Part shown: positions 8,844 through 17,697 of the stretch, in pieces | Numbering within the stretch: the stretch's first letter is position 1 | How the letters are laid out: every line of letters starts with the position of its first letter | Virus genome (UHGV): UHGV-0115014 | Length of the DNA stretch: 40,109 nucleotides | Source: a virus | Direction: 5' to 3' (one strand) | The notes under the pieces: model-generated | The model's database searches: none | Told to the model about the DNA's origin: nothing | The model's input: only the letters and a program-made list of their open reading frames with translations | Program-made: the position numbers and the translations under genes

Positions 8844-8929
8844 CCTCGACAATTACCTGTTAGGTAATAAAATATTCTAAAATCTATTGATTTCGTGTCT
8901 TATGTGGTTTTTAATTACCTCAGAGGTAA
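8844..8929. promoter_or_regulatory. Pair of TTACC-N5-GGTAA palindromes upstream of DUF1064-like gene
   Basis: TTACCTGTTAGGTAA (about 8844-8858) and TTACCTCAGAGGTAA (about 8915-8929, abutting ATG 8933) with TTGATT and TATGTGGTT between them. Confidence 0.45.
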
Positions 8930-8932
8930 ATC

Positions 8933-9277
8933 ATGAGAAAACAGATACAGGCTCTTGGTCGACTCAAAACAGGTCAGATGAACAAAACAGAATCTGCGTA
9001 TTGCCAGCACCTTGAGCTGCGTAAACGTGCAGGAGAAATCGTCTGGTATCGATTTGAGGGTATCAAGCTGCGGTTAGCTGACAACACGTTCTATACGCCC
9101 GATTTTGCTGTGATGCTCGCCACCGGCGAGATGGAACTGCACGAAGTGAAAGGTTTCTGGACCGACGACGCCAGGGTGAAAACCAAAGTCGCCGCAGATC
9201 AGTATCCGTTCCGAATCATCGGGGTAACGGTTAAACCAAAGAAAGCAGGTGGTGGCTGGATCATCGAAGAGTTCTGA
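8933..9277 (+). CDS. DUF1064-like phage protein (putative nuclease), nin-region-like
   Basis: 114-aa ORF; an operator-like palindrome abuts its start codon; family assignment from recalled similarity only. Confidence 0.5.
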   Translation: MRKQIQALGRLKTGQMNKTESAYCQHLELRKRAGEIVWYRFEGIKLRLADNTFYTPDFAVMLATGEMELHEVKGFWTDDARVKTKVAADQYPFRIIGVTVKPKKAGGGWIIEEF

Positions 9278-9338
9278 ATCGACGATCTTTTTAGTTATCA
9301 ATGTTATCAATAAGTTATGTGGATAAGCGAGGGTAAAG

Positions 9339-9590
9339 ATGGAAAGTAATATCAAATGGTTAGTTGCCGCCGGGCATGAGATGGCTTCGGAACTGAAAGC
9401 AGAATGTGGTGCCGTTGATATGCGCAGTGTGGCAAAGCTGATCAGCGATTTGGCAACGCAACTGGTGCGTGCTAATGCGCTGGCCGAAGACCAGCAGAAA
9501 GCGATTGAGTCAATTAAGCAGGCTGATGCAGCTGTTAAGTTGGCACACGAGAAGTTTTCGGCGCTGGCGTGTGCCTTACGAATTTGGTGA
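9339..9590 (+). CDS. Hypothetical protein
   Basis: 83-aa ORF with GAGGG SD-like sequence upstream. Confidence 0.45.
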   Translation: MESNIKWLVAAGHEMASELKAECGAVDMRSVAKLISDLATQLVRANALAEDQQKAIESIKQADAAVKLAHEKFSALACALRIW

Positions 9591-9627
9591 GTATATTGCG
9601 TTACTTATCCGCCAGGATGATGCTCGC

Positions 9628-9768
9628 GTGCACGGGCGTATAAAATCGATCAGCAGAAAACGTTGCGGTAAGTGCGGCGAGATAGTTCCTGTGAATTCAT
9701 GCCCGTGTAATGGTGACTCGCAATGCTGGGTGACCAAAGGCTGGCATGAAACGAAATTAATAGTGTGA
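9628..9768 (+). CDS. Small zinc-ribbon protein (start uncertain)
   Basis: C-terminal part of table ORF 9469..9768 lying beyond the stop of the overlapping upstream gene; Cys cluster CGKCGEIVPVNSCPCNGDSQC; possible GTG start near 9628 or frameshift/coupling from upstream gene. Confidence 0.25.
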   Translation: MHGRIKSISRKRCGKCGEIVPVNSCPCNGDSQCWVTKGWHETKLIV

Positions 9769-9776
9769 CATGTCAC
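9765..9776. repeat. 12-bp perfect palindrome GTGACATGTCAC (copy 1)
   Basis: Exact palindrome spanning stop of zinc-ribbon ORF and start of ORF 9765..9998. Confidence 0.6.
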
Positions 9777-9998
9777 GAAGGTGTTATGCCAAAAATACGC
9801 TACGACCTTGAAGATATGAGAGATAACTCAGCAAATTTTCCGAAAGAGGTTAAATTTCTCATGCATAAGTATGGTTGCGCCAGGAGGGATATAGTTATCG
9901 ACAGTCAGCACCCTTGCGGCGAGGATGTAATTTTCATTCGCGGTAAATGGGAAGGGTATCTTGACGAGAGTTTTTACGATGAATTTGATGGACTTTGA
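9765..9998 (+). CDS. Hypothetical protein
   Basis: 77 aa; GTG start lies inside the GTGACATGTCAC palindrome that also contains the upstream stop. Confidence 0.4.
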   Translation: MTCHEGVMPKIRYDLEDMRDNSANFPKEVKFLMHKYGCARRDIVIDSQHPCGEDVIFIRGKWEGYLDESFYDEFDGL

Positions 9999-10040
9999 AT
10001 ACTGCCGCCAACTATGGCGGCTTTATTTTGCATGGTACTA

Positions 10041-10055
10041 TTACCACAACGGTAA
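10041..10055. promoter_or_regulatory. TTACC-N5-GGTAA palindrome within direct repeat upstream of terminase small subunit
   Basis: TTACCACAACGGTAA inside repeat GGTA(N)CTATTACCAC x2, 18 bp before ATG 10073. Confidence 0.4.
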
Positions 10056-10072
10056 CTATTACCACGGTGGTT

Positions 10073-10669
10073 ATGATGCCTGCTGAACCTAAAACCTATA
10101 AACGCAAATCAACGCAATTTAAGCCGCTCACAGCAATGCAGGAGGCTTATTGCCAGTCATACATCAAAACGCCTGAAAACCAGACTCAGGCAGCGATTAA
10201 CGCAGGATTCTCCCCAAATACAGCGGCAGTTAAAGCCAGTGTCATGATGCGCGATGAACGCATTCAAAAACGGATTGCCGAGTTGATGGAGGAGCGCAAC
10301 AAACGAATGCGCGTCAGTGCTGATTACGTTCTCATGCGCTTGGTGGAGATCGACCAGATGGACGTGATCGATATCCTCAACGACGATGGGAGCCTTAAAC
10401 CAATCCGTGAGTGGCCGAAAATCTGGCGCACTACGCTTAGTGGCTTTGATCTGTCATCGACCATCATGAACATGAACGAGGATTCGATAGAGACAATCCT
10501 CAAAAAAATTAAATGGCCTGACAAGGTGAAGAACCTAGAACTGATTGGTAAGCATGTTGATGTCAACGCGTTCAAAGAACGTCTGGATGTTAATGTGAAT
10601 GTGACAATTGCTGATCGCATAGCAGCAGCCAGGAAGCGACTCAAAGAACGTCAGGATGGTAATCAGTGA
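10073..10669 (+). CDS. Terminase small subunit
   Basis: Table ORF 9995..10669 with start at MMPAEPK; block AMQEAYCQSYIKTPENQTQAAINAGFSPNTAAVKAS typical of phage terminase small subunits; stop overlaps start of large subunit. Confidence 0.75.
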   Translation: MMPAEPKTYKRKSTQFKPLTAMQEAYCQSYIKTPENQTQAAINAGFSPNTAAVKASVMMRDERIQKRIAELMEERNKRMRVSADYVLMRLVEIDQMDVIDILNDDGSLKPIREWPKIWRTTLSGFDLSSTIMNMNEDSIETILKKIKWPDKVKNLELIGKHVDVNAFKERLDVNVNVTIADRIAAARKRLKERQDGNQ

Positions 10670-12141
10670 CAGATACAGCGTTATCTCCTGAAGAGCAGTT
10701 GATCGAGGATATTGCAGGGTTCACTCACGATCCGCTTGGCTATGCCCTCTATGCGTTCCCGTGGGGGGAAGAGGGGACTGAATTAGCACATGCCACCGGT
10801 CCACGTAAGTGGCAGGCTGATGCGTTCCGAGAGATACGTGATCACCTGCAGAATCCAGAGACGCGCTATCAGCCGCTTATGCTGGCACGTGCTTCTGGTC
10901 ACGGTATTGGTAAATCCGCATTCATCTCAATGCTGATCAACTGGGGCATGTCCACTTGCGAGGATTGTAAGGTTGTGGTGACCGCCAACACCGACAACCA
11001 GCTACGAACGAAGACCTGGCCGGAAATTATCAAGTGGTCGAACCTTGCTATCACGAAAGACTGGTTTACCTGTACCGCTACTGCGATGTACAGCAATGAT
11101 CCTGGGCACGACAAGCGGTGGCGAGCTGACGCAATCCCCTGGTCTGAGCACAACACTGAGGCATTCGCCGGACTACACAACGAGCGCAAACGCATCATCG
11201 TGGTATTCGATGAAGCGTCGAACATTGCGGATCTGGTGTGGGAAGTTGCTGAGGGTGCGCTTACGGACGAAGACACTGAGATTATCTGGGTGGCGTTCGG
11301 AAACCCGACGCGTAATACCGGACGTTTCCGTGAATGTTTCCGCAAATATAAACACCGCTGGAAAACTGCGCAGATTGACAGCCGGACGGTGGAAGGTACT
11401 AACAAGCAGCAATTGCAGAAATGGGTTGATGACTACGGGGAAGACAGCGACTTCGTTAAAATCCGTGTGCGCGGCATATTCCCTGATGCATCTGAATTGC
11501 AGTTTATCCCTACCGGTCTTACTGACGAGGCAATGAAACGGGTGGTAACTGCTGCGCAGGTGGCACATGCACCGGTGATAATCGGTGTTGACCCGGCATA
11601 TTCAGGCGTTGATGACGCGGTGATATACCTGCGGCAGGGGTTGCATAGTAAGGTGCTATGGACTGGCAACAAGACCACCGACGATCTGATTATGGCGAAG
11701 CGCATCGCTGACTTTGAAGACCAGTATCAGGCTGACGCGGTATTCATCGACTTCGGTTACGGAACCGGTTTGAAGTCAATCGGTGATGGCTGGGGACGTA
11801 CATGGCAACTTGTTCCGTTCGGTGGTGCGTCAACTGACCCTCAGATGCTCAACAAGCGCGGGGAGATGTTCAACTCATGCAAGACATGGCTGAGGTTGGG
11901 CGGGATGCTGGATGACCAGGAAACAGCGGACGATCTGTCGGCGGCAGAGTACAAAGTTCGCGTGGACGGTAAAATCGTTATCGAACCGAAGGAAGATATC
12001 AAGGAGCGGCTTGGGCGTTCGCCGGGTAAAGGCGATGCGCTACTGCTGACGTTTGCGTTCCCTGTGTCGAAGCGTCTGCGAATTCCCGGGCAGCAGAACC
12101 AGCAAGGCAAGGCCATCACAGATTACGATCCATATGCTTAA
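10666..12141 (+). CDS. Terminase large subunit
   Basis: 491 aa; Walker A-like SGHGIGKS; directly follows small subunit and precedes head genes. Confidence 0.85.
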   Translation: MTDTALSPEEQLIEDIAGFTHDPLGYALYAFPWGEEGTELAHATGPRKWQADAFREIRDHLQNPETRYQPLMLARASGHGIGKSAFISMLINWGMSTCEDCKVVVTANTDNQLRTKTWPEIIKWSNLAITKDWFTCTATAMYSNDPGHDKRWRADAIPWSEHNTEAFAGLHNERKRIIVVFDEASNIADLVWEVAEGALTDEDTEIIWVAFGNPTRNTGRFRECFRKYKHRWKTAQIDSRTVEGTNKQQLQKWVDDYGEDSDFVKIRVRGIFPDASELQFIPTGLTDEAMKRVVTAAQVAHAPVIIGVDPAYSGVDDAVIYLRQGLHSKVLWTGNKTTDDLIMAKRIADFEDQYQADAVFIDFGYGTGLKSIGDGWGRTWQLVPFGGASTDPQMLNKRGEMFNSCKTWLRLGGMLDDQETADDLSAAEYKVRVDGKIVIEPKEDIKERLGRSPGKGDALLLTFAFPVSKRLRIPGQQNQQGKAITDYDPYA

Positions 12142-12191
12142 TCCGCTGGTGGGGATAATGTCGTTGATATCCTCTGATGAGGATAAAACAA

Positions 12192-12218
12192 AGCCAGCTC
12201 ATCGGCTGGCTGTTTGTG
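12192..12218. terminator. Putative bidirectional terminator between convergent terminase and Gp49-like genes
   Basis: AGCCAGC-TCATCG-GCTGGCT hairpin flanked by A-rich and T-rich runs. Confidence 0.4.
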
Positions 12219-12227
12219 ACATGTCAC
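12216..12227. repeat. 12-bp perfect palindrome GTGACATGTCAC (copy 2)
   Basis: Exact palindrome between convergent terminase-large and Gp49-like genes, adjacent to hairpin terminator. Confidence 0.6.
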
Positions 12228-12231
12228 GGTG

Positions 12232-12603
12232 TTATTGCTCGCTTAGCTTCTGCTTCAGCAAGTAACCTTCGAGCATCCAGATTTTGTTTACAGCATTCTG
12301 CCGGGCAATCTTCCGACCAATTTCTGCATCAAAGTTTTCCTGGCTTGCACAGGCGCTCTCTCCGGTGACGGTGAAGCCGTTGCGCAGCACCAGGACGCAG
12401 AACGTCAGCAGAGAAAGTGATTCGTGCGGCTGGTAGTTTACCTCTCCGCCAGTATGTTTCGCTTTTATGGCTTTGCCAAAGGCACCATCTTCTGCTGTGA
12501 AATATGCCTCCTGAGCAATAATGCCTTCGATATGGTCTGGCGTAACGCGCGGTGCCGTTTTGCCTTTCTCAACGATTTCTTTTTCGATTTGCTGGTCGTT
12601 CAT
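12232..12603 (-). CDS. Gp49-like phage protein
   Basis: 123 aa; convergent with terminase gene; family call by recalled similarity, function unknown. Confidence 0.5.
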   Translation of the reverse strand: MNDQQIEKEIVEKGKTAPRVTPDHIEGIIAQEAYFTAEDGAFGKAIKAKHTGGEVNYQPHESLSLLTFCVLVLRNGFTVTGESACASQENFDAEIGRKIARQNAVNKIWMLEGYLLKQKLSEQ

Positions 12604-12801
12604 AATCTCACCTTAAAAAAATGCCCGGCGAACCGGGCGAACTGGAAGCAATGAGTTATGCCTTCCGTGGCTGTACGGGTTTACAGCATGAAGTCATCGC
12701 AATGGCGTCCTGCTGTAAAAAGGGCGGTGATAGTCCTTCAAGGGAAACCATCACCGCCAAGCACCTGGAACTTCTGGTATCACGGTCCTTAGGCGTGATT
12801 C

Positions 12802-12878
12802 TGGCGTGGCATGCAGGATTCGAACCTGCGACCAACCGCTTAGAAGGCGGTTGCTCTGTCCAACTGAGCTAATGCCAC
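12802..12878 (-). tRNA. tRNA-Arg (anticodon UCU), phage-encoded
   Basis: 77-nt cloverleaf read on minus strand: acceptor stem GTGGCAT/ATGCCAC, D-arm GCTC...GAGC, anticodon stem ACCGC/GCGGT with loop CTTCTAA (anticodon TCT), T-arm GCAGG-TTCGAAT-CCTGC, discriminator G and encoded CCA. Confidence 0.85.
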
Positions 12879-13200
12879 AACGCTGAGAGCACTTAGCCTG
12901 TTAAGGCACCACACTTTGTCGCGGCTCCATAAATGCTCTCATCGTTGTACCCTCGTCTCTTCCGAGGCGTCACACCGAATCGCCGGGATGGTGAATCCCC
13001 GTGCGCGGAATAAAACCGCTCGACTTGCACATTCCGGCTACCTGGTTCGTTTGCCAGAGCAAGGGAGGGTGCCCCTTAAACGTATCCAGACCGCTATCGG
13101 CGCATGTGCCATACGCCGTACTGCTCAAAATAAAAGCTCACTCCACCTGTTCAATTTAACGACAAGCCAGTCAGGTTAGTAACCGGAATGAACTCTTTGG

Positions 13201-13215
13201 TTACCTGAAAGGTAA
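13201..13215. promoter_or_regulatory. TTACC-N5-GGTAA palindrome upstream of head gene block
   Basis: TTACCTGAAAGGTAA followed by AT-rich promoter-like sequence and ATGTGGTT (13260-13267), about 95 bp before ATG 13306. Confidence 0.4.
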
Positions 13216-13305
13216 TAATTTGTGCGTCAAATGTCAACTATCTACGATATATAAATCATATGTGGTTAAATTGGTAATAATTTAATTGCATACGGAGTCA
13301 TTGAT

Positions 13306-13512
13306 ATGTGCATGGGTAGCTCACCATCAGTGCCTGCAACACCAGAAGTTCAGGCAGCACCACAGGAGCAGGATGCCGCCGTTGTTGATGCCCGCGACGA
13401 AGAAACACGTCGCCGTCGCGCTGCTGCTGGTCGTAGTTCTACGCTGCTTACCGGTTCTCAGGGCGACACATCAACTGCTAATACCAGCGGTAAAACGCTG
13501 CTTGGTCAGTAA
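13306..13512 (+). CDS. Small virion-associated protein (possibly T7 gp6.7-like)
   Basis: 68 aa, MC N-terminus, Ala/Gln/Arg-rich, GGAG SD, immediately upstream of portal gene. Confidence 0.4.
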   Translation: MCMGSSPSVPATPEVQAAPQEQDAAVVDARDEETRRRRAAAGRSSTLLTGSQGDTSTANTSGKTLLGQ

Positions 13513-13526
13513 CCGGAGTCATTGAA

Positions 13527-15206
13527 ATGGCGGAAACAACTAAAGAGCGATTGAACAAACAGTTCGCACAACTTGAAAGCGAGCGTCAGTCGTTCGAGCC
13601 GCACTGGCGCGAGTTGAGTGATTACATCAACCCGCGTGGTTCCCGCTTTCTGACTTCTGAGGTCAACCGTAACGATCGACGCAATACACGCATTATTGAT
13701 TCGACCGGGACTATGGCGGCGCGCACTCTCGCCAGCGGCATGATGTCAGGCATCACAAGCCCCGCGCGTCCGTGGTTTCGCCTGGCTACGCCAGATCCTG
13801 AAATGATGGATTATGGCCCTGTTAAGTTGTGGCTTGAGGCGGTGCAGAACCGCATGAACGATATGTTCAATAAGTCGAATCTCTATCAGTCGCTGCCGCA
13901 GTTATACGGAAGCCTCGGCACATACAGCACTGGCGCAATGGCGGTGCTGGATGATGACGAGGACATCATTCGTACAATGCCATTCCCGATAGGAAGTTAC
14001 TACCTGGCTAACTCACCTCGTGGCAGTGTGGACACCTGTTTTCGCAAGTTCTCTATGACTGTTCGTCAGCTTGTTCAGGAGTTCGGACTAAATAACGTCA
14101 GCGAATCCGTAAAAAGCATGTGGGAAAGCGGCACCTACGAGAAGTGGATTGAAGTGATGCATTCGGTTTACCCGAACATTGACCGCGATACATCGAAGCT
14201 GGATAGCAAGAACAAGCCATTCAAATCGGTTTATTACGAGGTTGGTGGCGATAACGACAAGTTGTTGCGTGAGTCCGGATTCGATGAGTTTCCAATTATG
14301 GCTCCGCGCTGGGAAGTTAACGGCGAAGATGTTTATGGATCATCATGCCCGGGTATGCTGGCGCTTGGACCTGTTAAGGCATTGCAGCTTCTCCAGAAGC
14401 GCAAGTCGCAGTTGATTGATAAAGCCACCAATCCGCCGATGGTTGCTCCGACTTCCCTCAAGAATCAGCGCGCCTCCCTTCTTCCTGGCGACATCACGTA
14501 TATCGATCAGATTACTGGTCAGGATGGCTTCAGGCCTGCTTATCTGGTTAACCCCAGTACAGCAGATTTGGTGGCAGACATTCAGGACACTCGTCAAATC
14601 ATTAACAGCGCCTACTTTGTCGATCTGTTCATGATGTTGCAGAACATCAATACCCGCTCGATGCCTGTTGAAGCGGTGATCGAAATGAAAGAAGAAAAAC
14701 TTCTGATGTTGGGGCCGGTTCTGGAGCGTCTGAACGACGAATGTCTTAACCCTCTCATTGACCGCGCTTTCTCGATGATGGTGCGTAAAAACATGCTGCC
14801 GCCACCGCCTCACGCGATGGAAGGTATGCCCCTGAAGGTCGAATACATTTCCGTCATGGCTCAGGCGCAGAAGTCTATCGGCCTGTCCAGTCTGGCGTCC
14901 ACGGTTAACTTCATTGGTCAACTTGCGCAAGCGAAACCAGAAGCTCTCGACAAACTCAACGTTGATCAGGCGATCGATGCATTCGCTGATATGTCCGGAG
15001 TGTCTCCAACCGTCATTGTTCCGCAGGAACAGGTTGAGCAGGCTCGCCAGCAACGGGCACAGCAACAACAGCAGCAACAAATGATGGCGATGGGGATGGC
15101 GGCGGCACAGGGTGCCAAGACGCTAAGCGAAGCTAAAACTTCGGATCCGAGTGTTTTGTCAGCTATGGCGAATGCAGTTAGTGGTCAGGGTGGGCAATCA
15201 CAATGA
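13527..15206 (+). CDS. Portal protein (podovirus / T7 gp8-like head-to-tail connector)
   Basis: 559 aa; blocks MAARTLASGMMSGITSPARPWFRL and the Gln-rich C-terminus QARQQRAQQQQQQQMMAMGMAAAQGA parallel T7 gp8 as recalled; follows terminase genes. Confidence 0.8.
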   Translation: MAETTKERLNKQFAQLESERQSFEPHWRELSDYINPRGSRFLTSEVNRNDRRNTRIIDSTGTMAARTLASGMMSGITSPARPWFRLATPDPEMMDYGPVKLWLEAVQNRMNDMFNKSNLYQSLPQLYGSLGTYSTGAMAVLDDDEDIIRTMPFPIGSYYLANSPRGSVDTCFRKFSMTVRQLVQEFGLNNVSESVKSMWESGTYEKWIEVMHSVYPNIDRDTSKLDSKNKPFKSVYYEVGGDNDKLLRESGFDEFPIMAPRWEVNGEDVYGSSCPGMLALGPVKALQLLQKRKSQLIDKATNPPMVAPTSLKNQRASLLPGDITYIDQITGQDGFRPAYLVNPSTADLVADIQDTRQIINSAYFVDLFMMLQNINTRSMPVEAVIEMKEEKLLMLGPVLERLNDECLNPLIDRAFSMMVRKNMLPPPPHAMEGMPLKVEYISVMAQAQKSIGLSSLASTVNFIGQLAQAKPEALDKLNVDQAIDAFADMSGVSPTVIVPQEQVEQARQQRAQQQQQQQMMAMGMAAAQGAKTLSEAKTSDPSVLSAMANAVSGQGGQSQ

Positions 15207-15499
15207 CAGATTACGAAGATGATCAACTGAAAGAAGAAAACGCCCGTAAGCAACGTGACATGGCACAGCGTGAAATTGATGACATTCGCTTTGTCATGAG
15301 CAGTGAACAGGGGCGTCGCGTTGTCTGGTCGGTGCTGGAGAAAGGCCGTGTGTTTTCCGCTATCTCACCGATGGACGCTATGGCAATGGCATTTAATGAG
15401 GGGCAACGCAATCTGGCGCTGGAACTGTTTCAGCGCGTTATGGCGCATTGCCCTGAACAGTATTTGAAGATGGCCAAAGAGGCCAGTGAACAGGAGTGA
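15203..15499 (+). CDS. Hypothetical head-morphogenesis protein
   Basis: 98-aa ORF coupled by ATGA overlap to portal gene. Confidence 0.5.
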   Translation: MTDYEDDQLKEENARKQRDMAQREIDDIRFVMSSEQGRRVVWSVLEKGRVFSAISPMDAMAMAFNEGQRNLALELFQRVMAHCPEQYLKMAKEASEQE

Positions 15500-15501
15500 T
15501 C

Positions 15502-16197
15502 ATGAATTTATTTGAGCGTTTGCTGTATCGCCGTCTTTGCAATGAGCAACCAGTCGATGGTGGAGCAGCTCCGGCTGCGTCAGAACCGTCAGCGCCTGCA
15601 GGTGATAACCCTGCTCCAGTTGGTGATCCATCACAACAAGAAGGTGATAAGCCGCAACCTGTTGCTGATGGCGATAAACCTGCTGATGACAAAAAGCCTG
15701 AAAGCGATAAGCAGGGTGAAAAAAAGGACGGCGATAAACCGGATGGTGCGCCGGAGAAGTACGAGTTTCAGGCTGCCGAAGGCGTAGAGCTGGATACAGA
15801 AGCGTTGAAGGAATTCGAGCCAGTGGCGCGAGAACTTAACCTGACCAACGAGCAAGCGCAAAAGCTGGTTGATGCTTATCCGAAGATTCTGGCAGGTGTT
15901 CAGCAGCGCCAGGCAGAAGCCTGGCAGAAAACAACCGAGCAGTGGGCTGCGGATGTAAAAGCTGACAAAGAAATCGGTGGCGACAAGTTGATTTCTAACC
16001 TTAGCGCCGCACAGCGTGCGCTTGACCAGTTCGGGACACCTGAACTCAAAGAATATCTGAACACCACCGGGCTGGGTAATCACCCTGATCTGGTCAAAAC
16101 GTTCGTGAAAATCGGAAAGGCGATGTCTGAAGATGGCATGGTCACCGGTGGTAATGAAGGCCAGCGTAGTGCGGCCGAAGTGCTCTATGGCAAATAA
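15502..16197 (+). CDS. Putative scaffolding protein
   Basis: Acidic Pro/Asp/Lys-rich N-terminal half and helical C-terminal half; between portal and capsid genes; ATG 15502 preferred over GTG 15496 because of CAGGAG SD spacing. Confidence 0.5.
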   Translation: MNLFERLLYRRLCNEQPVDGGAAPAASEPSAPAGDNPAPVGDPSQQEGDKPQPVADGDKPADDKKPESDKQGEKKDGDKPDGAPEKYEFQAAEGVELDTEALKEFEPVARELNLTNEQAQKLVDAYPKILAGVQQRQAEAWQKTTEQWAADVKADKEIGGDKLISNLSAAQRALDQFGTPELKEYLNTTGLGNHPDLVKTFVKIGKAMSEDGMVTGGNEGQRSAAEVLYGK

Positions 16198-16211
16198 GAG
16201 AGGAAATGACA

Positions 16212-17198
16212 ATGGCTGTTAAAGGCTTAACTGCGCTAACGCTGGCTGACTGGGGTAAGCGCGTCGATCCAAACGGGAAAGTCGATAAGATTATCGAGCT
16301 TCTCAGTCAAACCAACCCAATCCTTCAGGATATGCCTTTTGTTGAAGGAAACCTTCCTACCGGACACCGAACCACCATTCGTTCTGGTTTGCCTTCCGCT
16401 ACCTGGCGTTTGCTGAACTATGGCGTACAACCGAGCAAATCAACAACGGTGCAGGTCACTGATTCCATTGGCATGCTGGAAACCTATGCTGAAGTCGATA
16501 AGTCTCTGGCTGATCTGAACGGTAATACTGCCGAATTCCGCCTGTCTGAAGACCGAGCATTTATTGAAGCGATGAATCAGGCGATGGCGCAGACGCTGTT
16601 TTACGGTGATTCCAGCGTTAACCCTCAGCAGTTTATGGGACTGTCCTCCCGCTATTCCAGCCTGTCTGCGGGTAATGCTCAGAACATCATTGATGCTGGT
16701 GGCACGGGTACAGATAACACTTCAATCTGGTTAGTGGTGTGGGGCGAAAACACCGTGCATGGCATCTTCCCGAAAGGGCAGAAGGCTGGCATCCAGATGG
16801 AAGATAAAGGCCAGGTGACACTGGAAGATGCTAATGGCGGCAAGTACGAAGGTTATCGTACCCATTATAAGTGGGACAACGGGCTGACATTGCGTGACTG
16901 GCGCTATGTTGTTCGCATTGCAAACATCGATGTCAGCAATCTTGACGCTCCTTCTACTGCTGCGAATATCGCAAAACTGATGATTCGTGCCCTTCATCGA
17001 ATCCCAAATCGTGGGATGGGACGTCCTATTTTCTACATGAACAGAACCATTAACGAAGTGCTTGACCTGCAATCTCTGGAGAAGAGTTCTCTGGCGATCA
17101 GCGTGAAAGAGACAGAAGGCGAATGGTGGACAGAACTTCGTGGTGTGCCGATTCGCGAAACTGACGCACTTCTGGAAACAGAAGCCCGCGTGGTGTAA
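16212..17198 (+). CDS. Major capsid protein
   Basis: About 329 aa between scaffold and decoration-like genes; ATG 16212 has better SD spacing than 16206; not T7 gp10-like in sequence. Confidence 0.65.
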   Translation: MAVKGLTALTLADWGKRVDPNGKVDKIIELLSQTNPILQDMPFVEGNLPTGHRTTIRSGLPSATWRLLNYGVQPSKSTTVQVTDSIGMLETYAEVDKSLADLNGNTAEFRLSEDRAFIEAMNQAMAQTLFYGDSSVNPQQFMGLSSRYSSLSAGNAQNIIDAGGTGTDNTSIWLVVWGENTVHGIFPKGQKAGIQMEDKGQVTLEDANGGKYEGYRTHYKWDNGLTLRDWRYVVRIANIDVSNLDAPSTAANIAKLMIRALHRIPNRGMGRPIFYMNRTINEVLDLQSLEKSSLAISVKETEGEWWTELRGVPIRETDALLETEARVV

Positions 17199-17249
17199 CG
17201 CCTGTTATTAACCTGTGGGTCGTAACAGACCCACTAATGGAGAAAGAAG

Positions 17250-17687
17250 ATGATCACCGACAAACTGTTGATGTTCTCCGAAGCTCAGGCGGTTACGAAT
17301 ACCGCGGCTTCTACTGACGTAATCGATCTCGGTCCAATTGACGGAAACCGTCGCGATATCGGTGTGGGTTACCCGCTTGAGTTTTGGGCGCTGGTTAACG
17401 AAGCCGCCACGGCAAGTGGTGAGGCAACTGTAAACATCCAGTTGCAGACGAGTGAGAATAACAGCTCATGGTCCACTATTTATGATAGTGGCGCACTGGC
17501 AAAGGCCACCCTGACAGCAGGTAAGCGAGTTGTTTCTGCAAAGGTGCCAGCCGGTGTTCAGCGATATCTGCGTGTTAACTACTCCGTCGCAACTGGCCCA
17601 CTAACGGCTGGCAAATTCACTGCGGGTATCAATCTTGATGTTGATGCCAATACGCCGTATCCGATCCGCTCAAAAGTAACTGGTTAA
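17250..17687 (+). CDS. Putative capsid decoration / cement protein
   Basis: 145 aa, directly after capsid gene with GGAG SD; function inferred from position only. Confidence 0.4.
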   Translation: MITDKLLMFSEAQAVTNTAASTDVIDLGPIDGNRRDIGVGYPLEFWALVNEAATASGEATVNIQLQTSENNSSWSTIYDSGALAKATLTAGKRVVSAKVPAGVQRYLRVNYSVATGPLTAGKFTAGINLDVDANTPYPIRSKVTG

Positions 17688-17697
17688 GGTGATATTG

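Noticed and set aside
12802-12878. tRNA-Arg considered as the prophage attachment site (attB/attL)
   Set aside because: It is 12.8 kb inside the element on the side away from the integrase and between phage genes; more consistent with a phage-encoded tRNA.
12880-13200. A second tRNA or tmRNA-like gene in the structured region next to the tRNA-Arg
   Set aside because: T-loop-like hairpins are present (e.g. GGGA-TGGTGAA-TCCC) but no complete cloverleaf with acceptor stem and CCA-adjacent pairing could be built on either strand.
14343-15080. 245-aa minus-strand ORF antisense to the portal gene
   Set aside because: Lies entirely inside the well-supported portal CDS on the opposite strand, with Arg/His-rich odd composition; treated as a spurious antisense frame.
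15040-15090. CAG/CAA-rich stretch (cagcaacaacagcagcaacaa) flagged as a simple-sequence repeat
   Set aside because: It is the codon run for the poly-Gln segment at the portal C-terminus, a feature shared with T7-type portals, not a separate repeat element.
15631-16212. 193-aa minus-strand ORF antisense to the scaffold gene
   Set aside because: Antisense to a Pro/Asp/Lys-rich coding region and low-complexity; no independent start signals.
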